From positions 20,488,248-20,552,247 of the forward strand of contig CM119264.1 of the NCBI GenBank assembly GCA_051294375.1: a stretch of DNA of 64,000 nucleotides, given 5' to 3'. Below the pieces are notes generated by a model. That model worked only from the letters and a program-made list of their open reading frames with translations. It was not told the origin of the DNA and did not search any database. Source of the DNA: Paraspadella gotoi. Taxonomy: Eukaryota > Animalia > Chaetognatha. The position numbers and the translations under genes were made by a program. Shown here piece after piece: positions 52,782 through 64,000 of the stretch (position 1 is the first letter of the stretch; each line of letters opens with the position of its first letter).

Positions 52782-54051
52782 TTTCTGATCCACAAAATGA
52801 CGAACACTAATTTAATTAATCATTCAACTCCTAACTCTTGATATTACATAGAGGAACAGAAGAGATCGAATATCACACAGAGAGAAAATCCCACATTTCT
52901 CGTCAGGGTCAAGTAATGAATCAATAAATCCGTCAAGTAATCAATCAATCAATCAGTCGAGAGACGACTCATCATTTAGCCTTTGAACTTTACCTTAATG
53001 TTGCTTTATGCTCTCCGTGATTAGAATATGTGTGGTAACAATAGTCCAAGTGTGTAAAATGCGAAAAAAGTGGAATTAATTAATAACTATGACACCGATA
53101 CGATTTTATTATGTTTACTACATATTTAGTAAAGATGGAAAAAAAAGAGATGGAAGGAAAGAAACTAGGGAGGTATCGGAGGAAAGGAAAGGAGGAGGAG
53201 GCCGTAGAAAAACAAGCAAAGAAGAAAGAGGAGGAGGAAGCTAAAGGAACGAAAAGAAATGAAGAAGCATGAGAAGAGATTTTCCCTATAGAAGGAGGAA
53301 GAGCGAATTCGATGGAAGAGGCAATTACTCAGATGCTCCAGTCACGTGATCCACCTAAACATGGTGCCACCGGCACAGAGTTGGAGTAAGAGCACAGAAT
53401 CGATGTGCAAGAGAACCATGGCTTCTTTTCAGATGCCAACGACTGAAAAGAAGAGACGAGGGTCAAGTCAAGTCTAGTAAAAACTACGTTCAAAAAGTTT
53501 CATTACCGATAATTACAGGTCTCGAGTATATGAAAGTACCAATATTCATTAAATATTCTATCTTGCCAGCGACTTTGGACAGGATAAGGCCCCCATCCCT
53601 CTAACAAAATAATAAGATAGCAAGCACCTATAAGCTTTCAATCAAGACTCTCTCAAAGTTTAGTTCATTAACAGTACCTGGCTTCGCTATCAATAAAATG
53701 AGAATGGTATTTCAATTGATTAAATAGACGAGGAGAGAATGGAGGAGAATAATTCAGAAAATTGATCGTTCCGTTTTTCATGTCTTTTTCGCATTTCATT
53801 CTAACAACTGAATCTGAATCCGACAGTCGAGAAGGAATATACATTTAACTTCACGAAACAATAGGACTAAATCATGTAGCTCGTCCTTCATTAGACACTT
53901 TCTACTCGGATTAATTAGAATCAAGGTCATTTCGATTCTGGACTTTAAACTAAAACTTCAATCATGACCAAGACTGTCCGGTTATCATCCCGCTAGTCTT
54001 AACTACTTCTTCTTCTTCTTGCATCAATAACCAATTAACTGCTTACTTTCA

Positions 54052-54082
<31 letters not shown>

Positions 54083-54382
54083 CATTTAAGAACGATCAAT
54101 AATTTGGTCGTTCTGACGAGTAATTATTAATGAACTTTTAATAAAACAGCCTTATACATGTATAATCAAAAAAGTGATTTTTGCAAGTCTTTTGTAAAAA
54201 TTATTTGATTTTTTTCCTGACTGATAATCAAAACTTTTTTTTTTTCTATATATCTTTATAAAGATGTTCGTAGATATATAAGCGAAATGAAAATAATGAA
54301 AAGAAAGTAAGAATGGGTTGAAAGATTGAATTATTGAACGAACTGTAATGGTTACGCACTGGGAAGGAGGGTTAAAATAAGT

Positions 54383-54453
<71 letters not shown>

Positions 54454-54829
54454 TTCGACCTCTCATCTCTTCTGATCTATAGCGAAGCTCAAGCTTAAGA
54501 CTCTCCTCTCAACACACAACGAACCGAGAAGATCGACTAGGAGGAGGCAATCGTTCTTGGTGAAGTTGGATTCAACACGTTCATAAACTGATGAACTGTT
54601 TAAAACTGTTCTTATTATGCTTATTAAATAGATAACGTGCTACGTCATGATGAGAACTCATGTCCGACTTTCGCTCAAAACCACGTTAAACTTTTCGTAA
54701 ACTGATTACTTCGGCTCCCACTCAGAAGACCTGAATACCCGGAGCTCGCTGAGCTGACTAATAAAAAGAATTACTCGAATTTCGAAGATAAAAAAATTGA
54801 CACAAATTCGGAAGCCAAAGACCTAAAGG

Positions 54830-55848
54830 ATGGCCACCGCCGAACCTCAACTCGTCGAACTAACCTCTGGGCTCGTCTTTTCCGTTCGAACCTTCGTCAA
54901 GACTTTCGTCGCCGCCGTATTTTTCATAGCACTTGGTAGTTTCTGTTTTTTGAGATTTTCATTTTTTGTTACGACGTTATTTTACCTAACTGAATGATTT
55001 CATGCAGTTTTGTGATGGAGAATATTCCGCTGCACCGTTGAATTCGCTGATGATATTAAAAACATTGTATGTACAATTGTACATAATTATAATAACGTAA
55101 TGATTAGTTATTTGATTTTGTCGTAGCCTAATGACTGAAAATCGGTTCGTCATTCAATTTTTTTCTATTTTTGTTTGCCTCTTAAGCAAATCTTGTCGTC
55201 CGATCGAAAACTTGTCATTCACCTGTCGAGTTTTTCAGGATTTTTAGTATAATTCACAAAATCGTAAATTTCACGAAAAAAATCGTAAATTAAATATTTT
55301 CTCCCAATCAGGCATCGGGTTCTTGTCAGTTCAAAATTCCAGTGCCGACAATGAAATCGGCGCTGGTTCTGGCGAAGCTAACGACATCCAGGGCGCCGAG
55401 ATCAGTGACGCAGAGAACAGTACCGACGACTCCATAACACACATCGGCGCCACCTCGACGGCGAGATTCAATGCCGGCGTCATCGTACTCGTTCTCGGCG
55501 TTTTGCAGGTGAACGAATTTTTTATTTACTAGTTTCATTTGAAACTTCGATTTCTTTTTCTTTTTTTTGCAGTGTCCGCAATGATCCTAATTGTTGAATT
55601 TTATTTTTTATTTTTAGTGCCATCAGTGCAATTAGTCTTGCTCAATACTCATATATTGTTTGAATGTCATATTATTTCAAATCGTTTATTTTTATCTCTT
55701 AATGAAAATTTCTACAGAAAAAAAAAAAATAAATCCTCCTTTAACTCCCCAGGTTTTAGTATCGCTTTATCTGTCACTCATTGACGGTCGTCAATTGAAA
55801 AGAGGAAAAGAGAAACTCGCATCAGCAAAAAGGATCGAACCGTCGTGA
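54830..55848 (+). CDS. Uncharacterised 132-aa two-TM membrane protein with acidic Ser/Gly loop
   Basis: Frame-consistent exons 54830-54935, 55312-55508, 55753-55848: MATAEPQLVELTSGLVFSVRTFVKTFVAAVFFIALGIGFLSVQNSSADNEIGAGSGEANDIQGAEISDAENSTDDSITHIGATSTARFNAGVIVLVLGVLQVLVSLYLSLIDGRQLKRGKEKLASAKRIEPS*. Both hydrophobic segments are completed across splice junctions. Confidence 0.62.
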
Positions 55849-56944
55849 TGAATAAATTCTCTTTCAAAAAGGATTCTTTTCACTTCTTTTTTCTCCATCT
55901 CATTCAACGTTTCATTTTGTCTTCAATGTTATCTATTCGTCACTGACGAAATAAACGAAACTAAATGAATCTGTTTGTCTTAAATGATAAATTATGGTTA
56001 ACTGAAATTTTTGCTCTTTTAAAAAAATATATGTGTTAACCTCATATATAGCGATGTTATTTTTCAACATTATGTCTTCACATCAAATATTTGATGATCT
56101 AAAGCAACTTAACTATCGAGTATTGCTGACTCACGTTTGTAAGCCAAAAAAAAAAAAAATTACCCAAAAATATATTTTCTATACAAATGGTACAAACACA
56201 ACAAATATAATTGGCCTAATATGATACATAAAATTGTTTTTGGGAGGTTCACCACCACGACGTAAGTTTTTCTTTTTTTCCTTTTCTGGACGTTTTAATT
56301 TGCAATAGAAAAGAGAGATCGTCCTCGAAACAAAAAAAGAGAACTATCGGGGTCTCTACGTAAAGAATGTTTATGCTTGATTATAATCAATCGCATTTGA
56401 GTTAAATTTTTTCAAAAGATGCATTACAAAATACTGGAGGTGTCGAAAAAAAAATCTACAAGAAAAAAATAGATCCATTTTAATAATTGGAAAGCTGTCC
56501 TGTAATATCAGATTGTCTAAATAGCAACGCAATATTTATACAATCTTTACGGCGTTAAGGCTCAACTTTAGGTTTTGTTTCCGCGTGAGGTAATAACGGT
56601 GACTTTCAAACAGAGACATGCGTCATAAGAAGAGTCATGGTGCAACAACCAATTGGAATTTCGTTTAACTAAAGTTGTTATATAGAATTTGCATACACGT
56701 CGATCTAAAAAATATTTGAGATAAACCTATAGGAAATAAAACACATTATGCAACCAAGGTGGGCCTAAACAAAAGGGGAAATCTATAATATTTCATACCA
56801 AAATAAAAATCAGATACATGGAATACTATCGAGTAGAGAGTCTGCCTTTGAAACACAGACAACTCCGGGAAAGATAGAAAGGGATGAATGGGAAAAAAAT
56901 TTCACAAAAAAAAAAAAACAAAAAAAAAAACCTCGAAATTTTCG

Positions 56945-57152
56945 TTAAAGGTTTTCCTTGTTAGTGATTTGTATGCATAAAACGACGAAGTAATTTTCGC
57001 AACTGTACTTTTCTTCTTGAAGGAGCTTTCCCTTCAAGAGGTCGCCAGCGGCAGCGAGCGAGGTGCGGAACCCTGATTCCCATCCCGAACAAAAGGCCGT
57101 GGTGTCGCGAAGACCGCGCGAATTGGAGCCGTGCCACAGCATCTTTTTAGAC
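56945..57152 (-). CDS. Terminal exon of a collagen XV/XVIII (multiplexin) endostatin domain
   Basis: Acceptor TCTTTTAG at 57153, then SKKMLWHGSNSRGLRDTTAFCSGWESGFRTSLAAAGDLLKGKLLQEEKYSCENYFVVLCIQ, matching the endostatin C-terminal pattern WHGS...C..W...L..G.LL.....SC....VLCIE. Confidence 0.88.
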
Positions 57153-59158
57153 CTAAAAGATTGAGGGAATGAGGGCGAGGAGGGACAGGGAGGAAGAGAA
57201 GGTAGTATAAAGACCAGTGAATTACGAGATAGGAGAGGAAAGGTAAAAAAGGGAAAAGGGGAAGAAATGAAAAAATGGAAAGGGGAAGGAAAATCGGATT
57301 AGGCAAAGAAATCTATATATCGCATAGTCGAGTAAGAGGATCAGTCCAGGGATTGGGAAACTGACCCTTCAAAGAACCAGGTATTAGAGAAAGAATGCTT
57401 GAAGGCAAAAATAAATGATTTGTAATATACTTACGAGTTATTAAATAATAGTATTTAAATTATTAGTTTAAAAAAATTAAAATATATATAATTTTTTTAA
57501 TGAACTTTTGAACACTAACTTCTCGTCTGGTTTCAAAGTCATTTTTATTTCATGCTAACTATTTATTTTTCTTTCTAAAAATGAATAGAATGCTGGATTG
57601 TGAAGTTTGTTTATTTTTAATTTCGAGTTTCGTTGTTTCATCATTCCCAATAATCACATTCTCATTTCGTTTCATGAGTCGAACAACAGAATATTTCACC
57701 ACGATATCTAATACTCAAAATGAACAGGGTATAAAACACATATGTAAAACAAAACAAAAACAAAGAGAACGTACATATTCTTGTTAGTAATCTGTTCTAG
57801 GCTACAAACTAAAACTTGTCCAAAGGTGGGGCCTATGATTAGCACGCTGCCAACGCGCGTTTGACGCGCACAAGTCGGTACAAAACAAATATCTAAAGAG
57901 TTGATGTATAAGTATCTAAAATTTTACGCCTTTGAGATAGTTAAGTTGAAAAATAAAGATAAAAAAAAATTCTCTTGGAGGTATCTTACAATTCAGCGCG
58001 AATTAACCAAGGTTTTATGAAAAAAAAAACCTGCACCAAACATTTCTAAATCTAAGCCTAAGGATATTTTGACATTTTTGTTCTAAAGCTACAAAGAATA
58101 AAAGAAAATTAAATAGTGCGAGTATCGGAATCTCTGCTGCCGCCCGCGGCTGGAGGGAGTTCCGTCATAAATAGGTGTGTGTGACCCATTTACATCCGGG
58201 TGATTCGCTCCATTTTTGAAAAAAATGTTTTCTTGGAATCGTGTCCGAAATATGAATGGGGATTATAAAGTGCAGTGACGGGACGAAAATGAAGGAAAGA
58301 TTTACATCGAAAGAGAAAATGATTTTGAAATTTGTTAAATGTAAAGAGAGGGGATTACATCAAGAGCGGTTGGATTACGGCAAAAGATTATTACAGATAG
58401 ATACCAGTACAAAAGTGGGGAGTATACGACTGGCTTGAAAATTGAGGGGCTGAAAACATCTGGACTCGTCGTTTTTAGAAAAAAACGTGAGAGATCGCCG
58501 GTTTTCATGTATGACCCACGTCAATGATTGACTAGATTGTCTCTGCGCAATTCTTGCCTTTTTTGAATCCTTTCATCTAACAAGAACATTACATGATTGT
58601 TAGATTATTCGAATTCGTTAGGCTAAAGAATTATTAAATTCATTTACATTCATGGAAGGAAGTATTTACAAACCAAAGAATGCTAAAACTAAGGATATAA
58701 AGAGGTGATTTCACTCCATCAGTTAAGAGTTTTAAGCAAACAAATCACATGGTGAATTTTGTTGGGATCCAATGCTAAATCATTGGCATAGATCTGGGTA
58801 GAAAAGTAGGTTACGAAAATAATAATGAAAATATCATCACAATTTTGAGAACGTTGATTTTTGTTTGTTTTTTATGCTTTTGGTAAAAGCAAGGTATGTG
58901 AGAAGTGTAAGTTTGATTTTTTTATGTTCCTATTAAAATATTAATTCAACGCATACCTTCTTGAGATCCATCATTCTTCGATTCATTTTTAAAGGCAATA
59001 ATTCAATTACCATAGCAAAATTCCAACACTCAACAATCTCGAAGGAAAGTCATAGTCAAAAACTGAGAAATCATTTAAACAAAAAGCTCGCGCTGCATAT
59101 TCCACAAGATTTTCTTTATTCTTTATTCTCTAAGGCGTCATCTTCCACGAACCAATCT

Positions 59159-60859
59159 TCACATCGATCTTTTCTTGAGCCTCTCCATCTTTTCATGAGC
59201 CCTCTTGGCGATGGCGAGCTTGCTGCGAGCGTCAAGCGCCTCGACCGCACCGTAGGGCGGCAGTCGAGTTCCGTGCAGCATGAGGGTCCACTCGGTGAGC
59301 ACTCCGGATTCTTTTGGCCAACGGGGGTCGACTAGGGCTTCGAGGGTCCAGACGCCCCGGGGATTCTCTCCCCAGCAATGGGTCGTCATGAAGGGCCACT
59401 TGACGAATCCGTCGCGAGAGTCGGCGTCCTGCGGACGCTTGCTGAGGATCAGAGATCTGAGGAAAAGAATCATCATTTTTAAAAAAAAAAAAATTTACTT
59501 TAATAAGAGTGACAGGAATAAAGGAAGAAATTTTTTACCTCGTCCCCATTGGAGAAGTAAGGTAAAGAACTGTGCTTCCCCGCCTCGACGACTTGAGAGT
59601 GACAAAGGCTTGGACGTGTTCCAAGTAGTCGACTGGCGAGTCGGAATCCTCACAAGCCGTCGTGTCCATCGTCAAACGGAGAGGGGAACCGCGGGAGAAA
59701 GTCTCTCTGCCCTGGAACACACCGCCTTTGCAATGGAACCTAAAAAAGAGGGAAACATTTTTTTATATTTTTTGAATTTTGAATTGTCTTTGAATTTAAA
59801 ACCATTTACTGCGGTGTGGGCATATATATCCTAAATCTCTTCCTTATTACCTCGGCGGCCCTGTAGTCCAGTTCTTGGCGGTAATGACCATGGCGCCCGC
59901 GTCGAGGACCCCGTAACCGAAGAGGTGATTGAACTCAAGCCCCGCCCCGTTGACGTGCCATCCGTGTCGACCGGTCGGGTCGCGGAGCTGGTTGCGTTTC
60001 GAAGTCAGCACGGTCAAGTGCTGAACGTCCCTCCAAGTCAGGTTGGGGTTGGCCTCCAGGGCCAGGGCGAAGACCCCAGCAGCCTCAGGCGCCGCCGCCG
60101 AAGTGCCGGAGTGCTTGAGCGTGCAGCTGCCGTAGAGGTCGGTGGTAGCGACGCCGGCGGCGGGATCGGCGCTGCGCCCGTTAGAGAAGGTTGAGGCGAG
60201 CGTGGAGGAACAGGACTCGTCGTAAAGAGCCGTGCGGCCGTCGTTGATGGCCGAATTGATGGAGATGGTCCACATGGAAGCCGCGTAACCGTCGCAGTTG
60301 CAGTCGTCCTTCTCGCCTCCGTCTCCCGACGCCCAAACGTAGATGCTGCCGAGACCGCGGCGCCCTTCGTTGATGCCGCGGACGATGGCGCGCATGGTGT
60401 GATTGCGTGGACCGTCGACCGTCTTACCGTCGTCGGTTGGGCCCCACGAGGCGCTTGATAGAGTTACAAGAATTGTCAATTAATTCTTTTTTTATTTTTG
60501 TACTGACATTATGTTCTCACCTGTAAATGTCAATTAACTGCGGTTCGTGCCCCATTGAGTTGGCCTCGATCATGTCCGTCATGTAGGGCTGATCCAACAT
60601 CCGGATTCCCGCCACCTTGGAATCGTAGGCCACGCCTACCCCGCATACGTGGTTGTCGCGTCGGGCGGAAATCTCGCCCGCGCAGCGTGTCCCATGGCTG
60701 TTGAACCATGTATCAGTGTAGCGAGGATAAGGAAAGTGGTCGTTGGACGAGTAATCGTAGCTGGCTTCGGCGTTGTAGTTGTGTCTAGCATATGAGAGAG
60801 GGAGAGAGAAAGAACGGGAAGAGGGAGAGGGAGGGAGAGAGAGAGAGAGAGAGAGAGGA

Positions 60860-60902
<43 letters not shown>

Positions 60903-60937
60903 AGAAGAAGAGAGAGAACACAGAACGGGAGAGGGAG

Positions 60938-61021
<84 letters not shown>

Positions 61022-62442
61022 GAGAGGGATGGTATTAATTACGAAATTAAGCAACCAACGGAATAAGAATTGCTTTTCTAAGGTACCAATTTCTCTTCCG
61101 TAGGTCAACTTTTACACTTACTTGAGGTCAGGGTGAGTGTAGTCGACTCCGTCGTCCATGATCGCCGTAGTGACATTCTTTCCAGTGACGCCGACAGCCC
61201 AGGCAGCTAGGACATTGAGATCGAGTCCCTTCTTGCCGCCAGCCTGCCCTTCGTTGCTGAGATACCACTGGTGCTTGAAGAGCGGGTCGTTAGGCCTGAC
61301 GTCGACGCGGGTGGTGCGACGATACCCGCGTTTGGCGCGCGGGAATCCCGTCTGCTGTACGGCGGACTTGACGAGCGGATGCTCGCGCAGTTGGCGCACC
61401 ACACGTGGATGGACGGCGTGACGTCGCGCTCGGCGACGAGGCGACGCTTCGGCCGCGCTGCCCTCGCGCAGAAAGTGAAACTCGTTAGGGGCGCCTGGCA
61501 ATCGACCGCCTAGTCGACGGAAGCCAAGAGAGCGAGCGATGGCGTCGGCGTCATCGGCGCCGGCGGGAGAATGAAGCTCTACGCGCCAGTGCGGCGTCAA
61601 CTCGTCCGGCGTCGAAGGGGAGACGACCAGGTCATGGGCTTCTTCAGGATGACCGGCGACGTTGATAGAATTCGGCGCCAGGATTGAATAGCCGCTTTTC
61701 GCGGCGCCGTCGAGGGGCGCCGAAAAAACGACGACGAAAATGGCGAACATTTTCGCGAAATGAAAGAAGCGCATCCATTTCGGTTTCGACCAAAATCCTG
61801 TGAAATTTTATTTTCATTTTGCATTTATCTCTTGATTATTTTCTTCTTATAGCGAAAATAAGTTAAGGTAGGAAAATTTACTTTTCATTTTTGAACTGCC
61901 TGAGCATAATAAGTTAAAATCTACCAGTTTCCTTTTTAAATGGTTACAGCTGTAAAATTATTTTAAACTAAATCGATTTAAAAAGATCTCGTGACACGAA
62001 GTTTCTTTTTCAACCCAATTTGAACTATTAAATAATAATAATCAAATTTTATTGGATAAACTTTCGTGACTCGAAACTAAGTTTGTTTTCATTTTTGGCT
62101 CGTGCACTTTATTTGCAAAAGAGAAATTTGAAAAAAGATCCAATATTATGGAAAAAGTCAGAAGTTTATCAACATTTCCTTGAAAAAAAATTAAACGAAA
62201 AAAGAATGAAAAATAAAGCAGATTAGTGAAAATTAGTTACATTCTTCTTTTAGTAACTATAGTTAAAATGAATATCGAATTTTCCAAACGTAAATAAATG
62301 AAGTGCACTTACCCGCTGCAACCTCTGCGTCCCTCGCGGACCTCCATCGACTCAGATGGGTCAGAGGCCTCCTCGACATCCGCCTCGACGACCTCGTCGG
62401 CTCCAAAAGAAGTCGGCGTCCATCTCCGCCGTCGAGTGACAT
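59159..62442 (-). CDS. PCSK2: Neuroendocrine prohormone convertase 2
   Basis: Exons 62442-62313 (in-frame upstream exon; alternative start ATG 61774), 61797-61122, 60784-60521, 60453-59851, 59739-59539, 59456-59159. Catalytic [21 protein letters not shown]; PC2-diagnostic oxyanion Asp in WASGDGG; propeptide site RAKR; P domain; [10 protein letters not shown] tail; two AATAAA signals just after the stop (~59115-59127). Confidence 0.96.
60794..61029. repeat. (AG)n microsatellite in PC2 intron (others at 4784-4827, 35962-36090, 54053-54076, 54384-54448, 63052-63080)
   Basis: Directly visible dinucleotide runs. Confidence 0.95.
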
Positions 62443-63049
62443 AAATACTTTTTTTGCGAGTGGTATTTTTTATTTTGTTTCCCGTTAAAAAAATGTTTCG
62501 TGATTATTTTTTGTTTAAAAAATAAAAAATTATCGGACCCCTTTTAAAACAAGGGGCCCTTTCAGCCAGTCATTTTATGTTGTTGCGATGAAACGAAAAA
62601 AAAGAGCAAATCAGTCAGTCAAAAAAAATTTGGACCGATAAAATTTTTTGTTGTGATCGAGAGCTGCCTCCGTCTATATCGATGGTCGACCGACGGAATG
62701 AATCTGTCTCAGTCTCTCCACCGGAAGTGGGAAGCTGTTGCGCCTCTCCCTCTCTCTGTCACACGAGCTGCAGGATTACACGGATGGAGAGCGAGCGACG
62801 AAAGACATAGGGAGGCAAGAGCGCTCGGTGGCACTAGGCCACTCAGTCACCGGCACGCGGTCTCCGCGCGTGCGGGCGAGATGGCATCGGAGGAGGAGGA
62901 AGGGGAGTGGGAAGAAGAAGAGAAGGAAGAGGAGGGGATTTTCTGCGCGAGCGAAGCGTGTTATGAGGCCAGAGGTAATTTGAGAACGACAGCGAAGGGA
63001 AGGGGGAAGAAGAGGAAGAGGGGGAGGAGGAGGCGCTAATGTAAAGTTT

Positions 63050-63084
<35 letters not shown>

Positions 63085-64000
63085 AGCAAATGTAGGTCCA
63101 AATCGCAACGAGAACGACTTTCGTGACGAAGCGAAAAAAAGTCAGTCGGAGGTCGACTTTCGGAGGCGGGGGGCAAGGAGTCGTTGGCCGGGGTGGTGAC
63201 GAGAATGACGTTGAGGGATCAGGGGAATGAAAATAGGTTGCTCACCGTCGCCGTCGGTCGCCTCATGGTGAATCGACCGGCGCCGTAGGGTCTATCCTCC
63301 GCCGGGTGGCGGGAGGAAGGGCGAATGCCTTCGTTACAAATCCCTCCCACTGAGTTGGCGAGGAGGCGAATGTCACGCGAGTCGCTCTTGCGTAAAGAGG
63401 CTCGCCATAGTTCTTGGCTGGCGCCGTAAATTTGGAAGGAGTATCAGCCTACTATTGCAGAACCTTCTTCCCCAACGCCTTCTCGATTGCTTCGGCATCT
63501 CCAATGCCTTTTCCATCGGTATCTTCATTGCCTTCCCCATCAACTTCTCCATCTCTAATCTCTTCTCAACTCGCCTCTCATCCTCCCGCAACCATCCCAT
63601 CCCCGGATTCTCTCCGTAAGAATTGTTTCGGTCAAATTCATCCGTCGTTTAATTTCAGCAAAATCGTTGTTTTTGTTTTTTTTTTTTTTTTTTTTTTAGT
63701 TTTTGTTGTTGTTGTTGTCATGGAGGGTGATAGCGATGAGTGAAGCTCGAATACATCATCTTCGTTTGTAACAAATAGAAAAAGTGCTTTGTCGCTGAAC
63801 TGATATTCGTTTTTGGTTTTTGCGGTCGGACGAATTATGATAACTAAGAACGAATTAAAATGAGACAAAATTATAAAATAAAAAGAAAAATGCAGTAAAA
63901 CGCAACAAGTGGAAAATTTGAAAGCGATGAGAAAAAAAATTTATTCGCTTCACGAAAAAGCAGCTCGTGAAATATCGCGAGCGAGAGAGAGAGAGCGCGA

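Noticed and set aside
58530-59060. Splice-like signals downstream of the PC2 stop as an alternative C-terminus or missing endostatin exons
   Set aside because: Translations are short and show no endostatin or convertase motifs; PC2 already has a stop and AATAAA signals.
59280-61513. Long + strand ORFs antisense to PC2
   Set aside because: Shadow ORFs of GC-rich codon usage and the (AG)n tract; no independent splice or domain evidence.
1-64000. Species or phylum assignment
   Set aside because: Gene content indicates an invertebrate metazoan, but nothing visible fixes the lineage without a database search.

Overview
Eukaryotic (invertebrate animal) genomic DNA with AT-rich GT-AG introns, GC-richer exons and five short N gaps; no prokaryotic operon, CRISPR array, rRNA or tRNA is visible. 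Hand-spliced genes: 3' half of a divergent TRPC-like channel (+, 5144-15628); a complete ~20-exon alpha-catulin (-, 52781-16291); an uncharacterised Cys-rich single-pass membrane protein (+, 16997-17693) and a secreted C-type-lectin-domain gene (+, 46778-50462), both nested antisense in alpha-catulin introns; a small two-TM orphan gene (+, 54830-55848); the terminal endostatin exon of a collagen XV/XVIII gene (-, 57152-56945); and a complete prohormone convertase 2 (-, 62442-59159) lying upstream of that exon on the same strand. Introns carry hAT-type MITEs with 8-bp TSDs, a deleted Tc1, DINE-1/Helentron-like elements and a ~650-bp TRIM-type miniature LTR retroelement. About 40% of the window (1-3331, ~22.4-43.65 kb, 44.3-46.3 kb) is error-rich duplicated sequence, most likely assembly/haplotype artefact, although the 19-kb inverted copy carries a 4.2-kb insertion absent from the primary copy. 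All homology calls come from motif recognition by eye; no searches were run.
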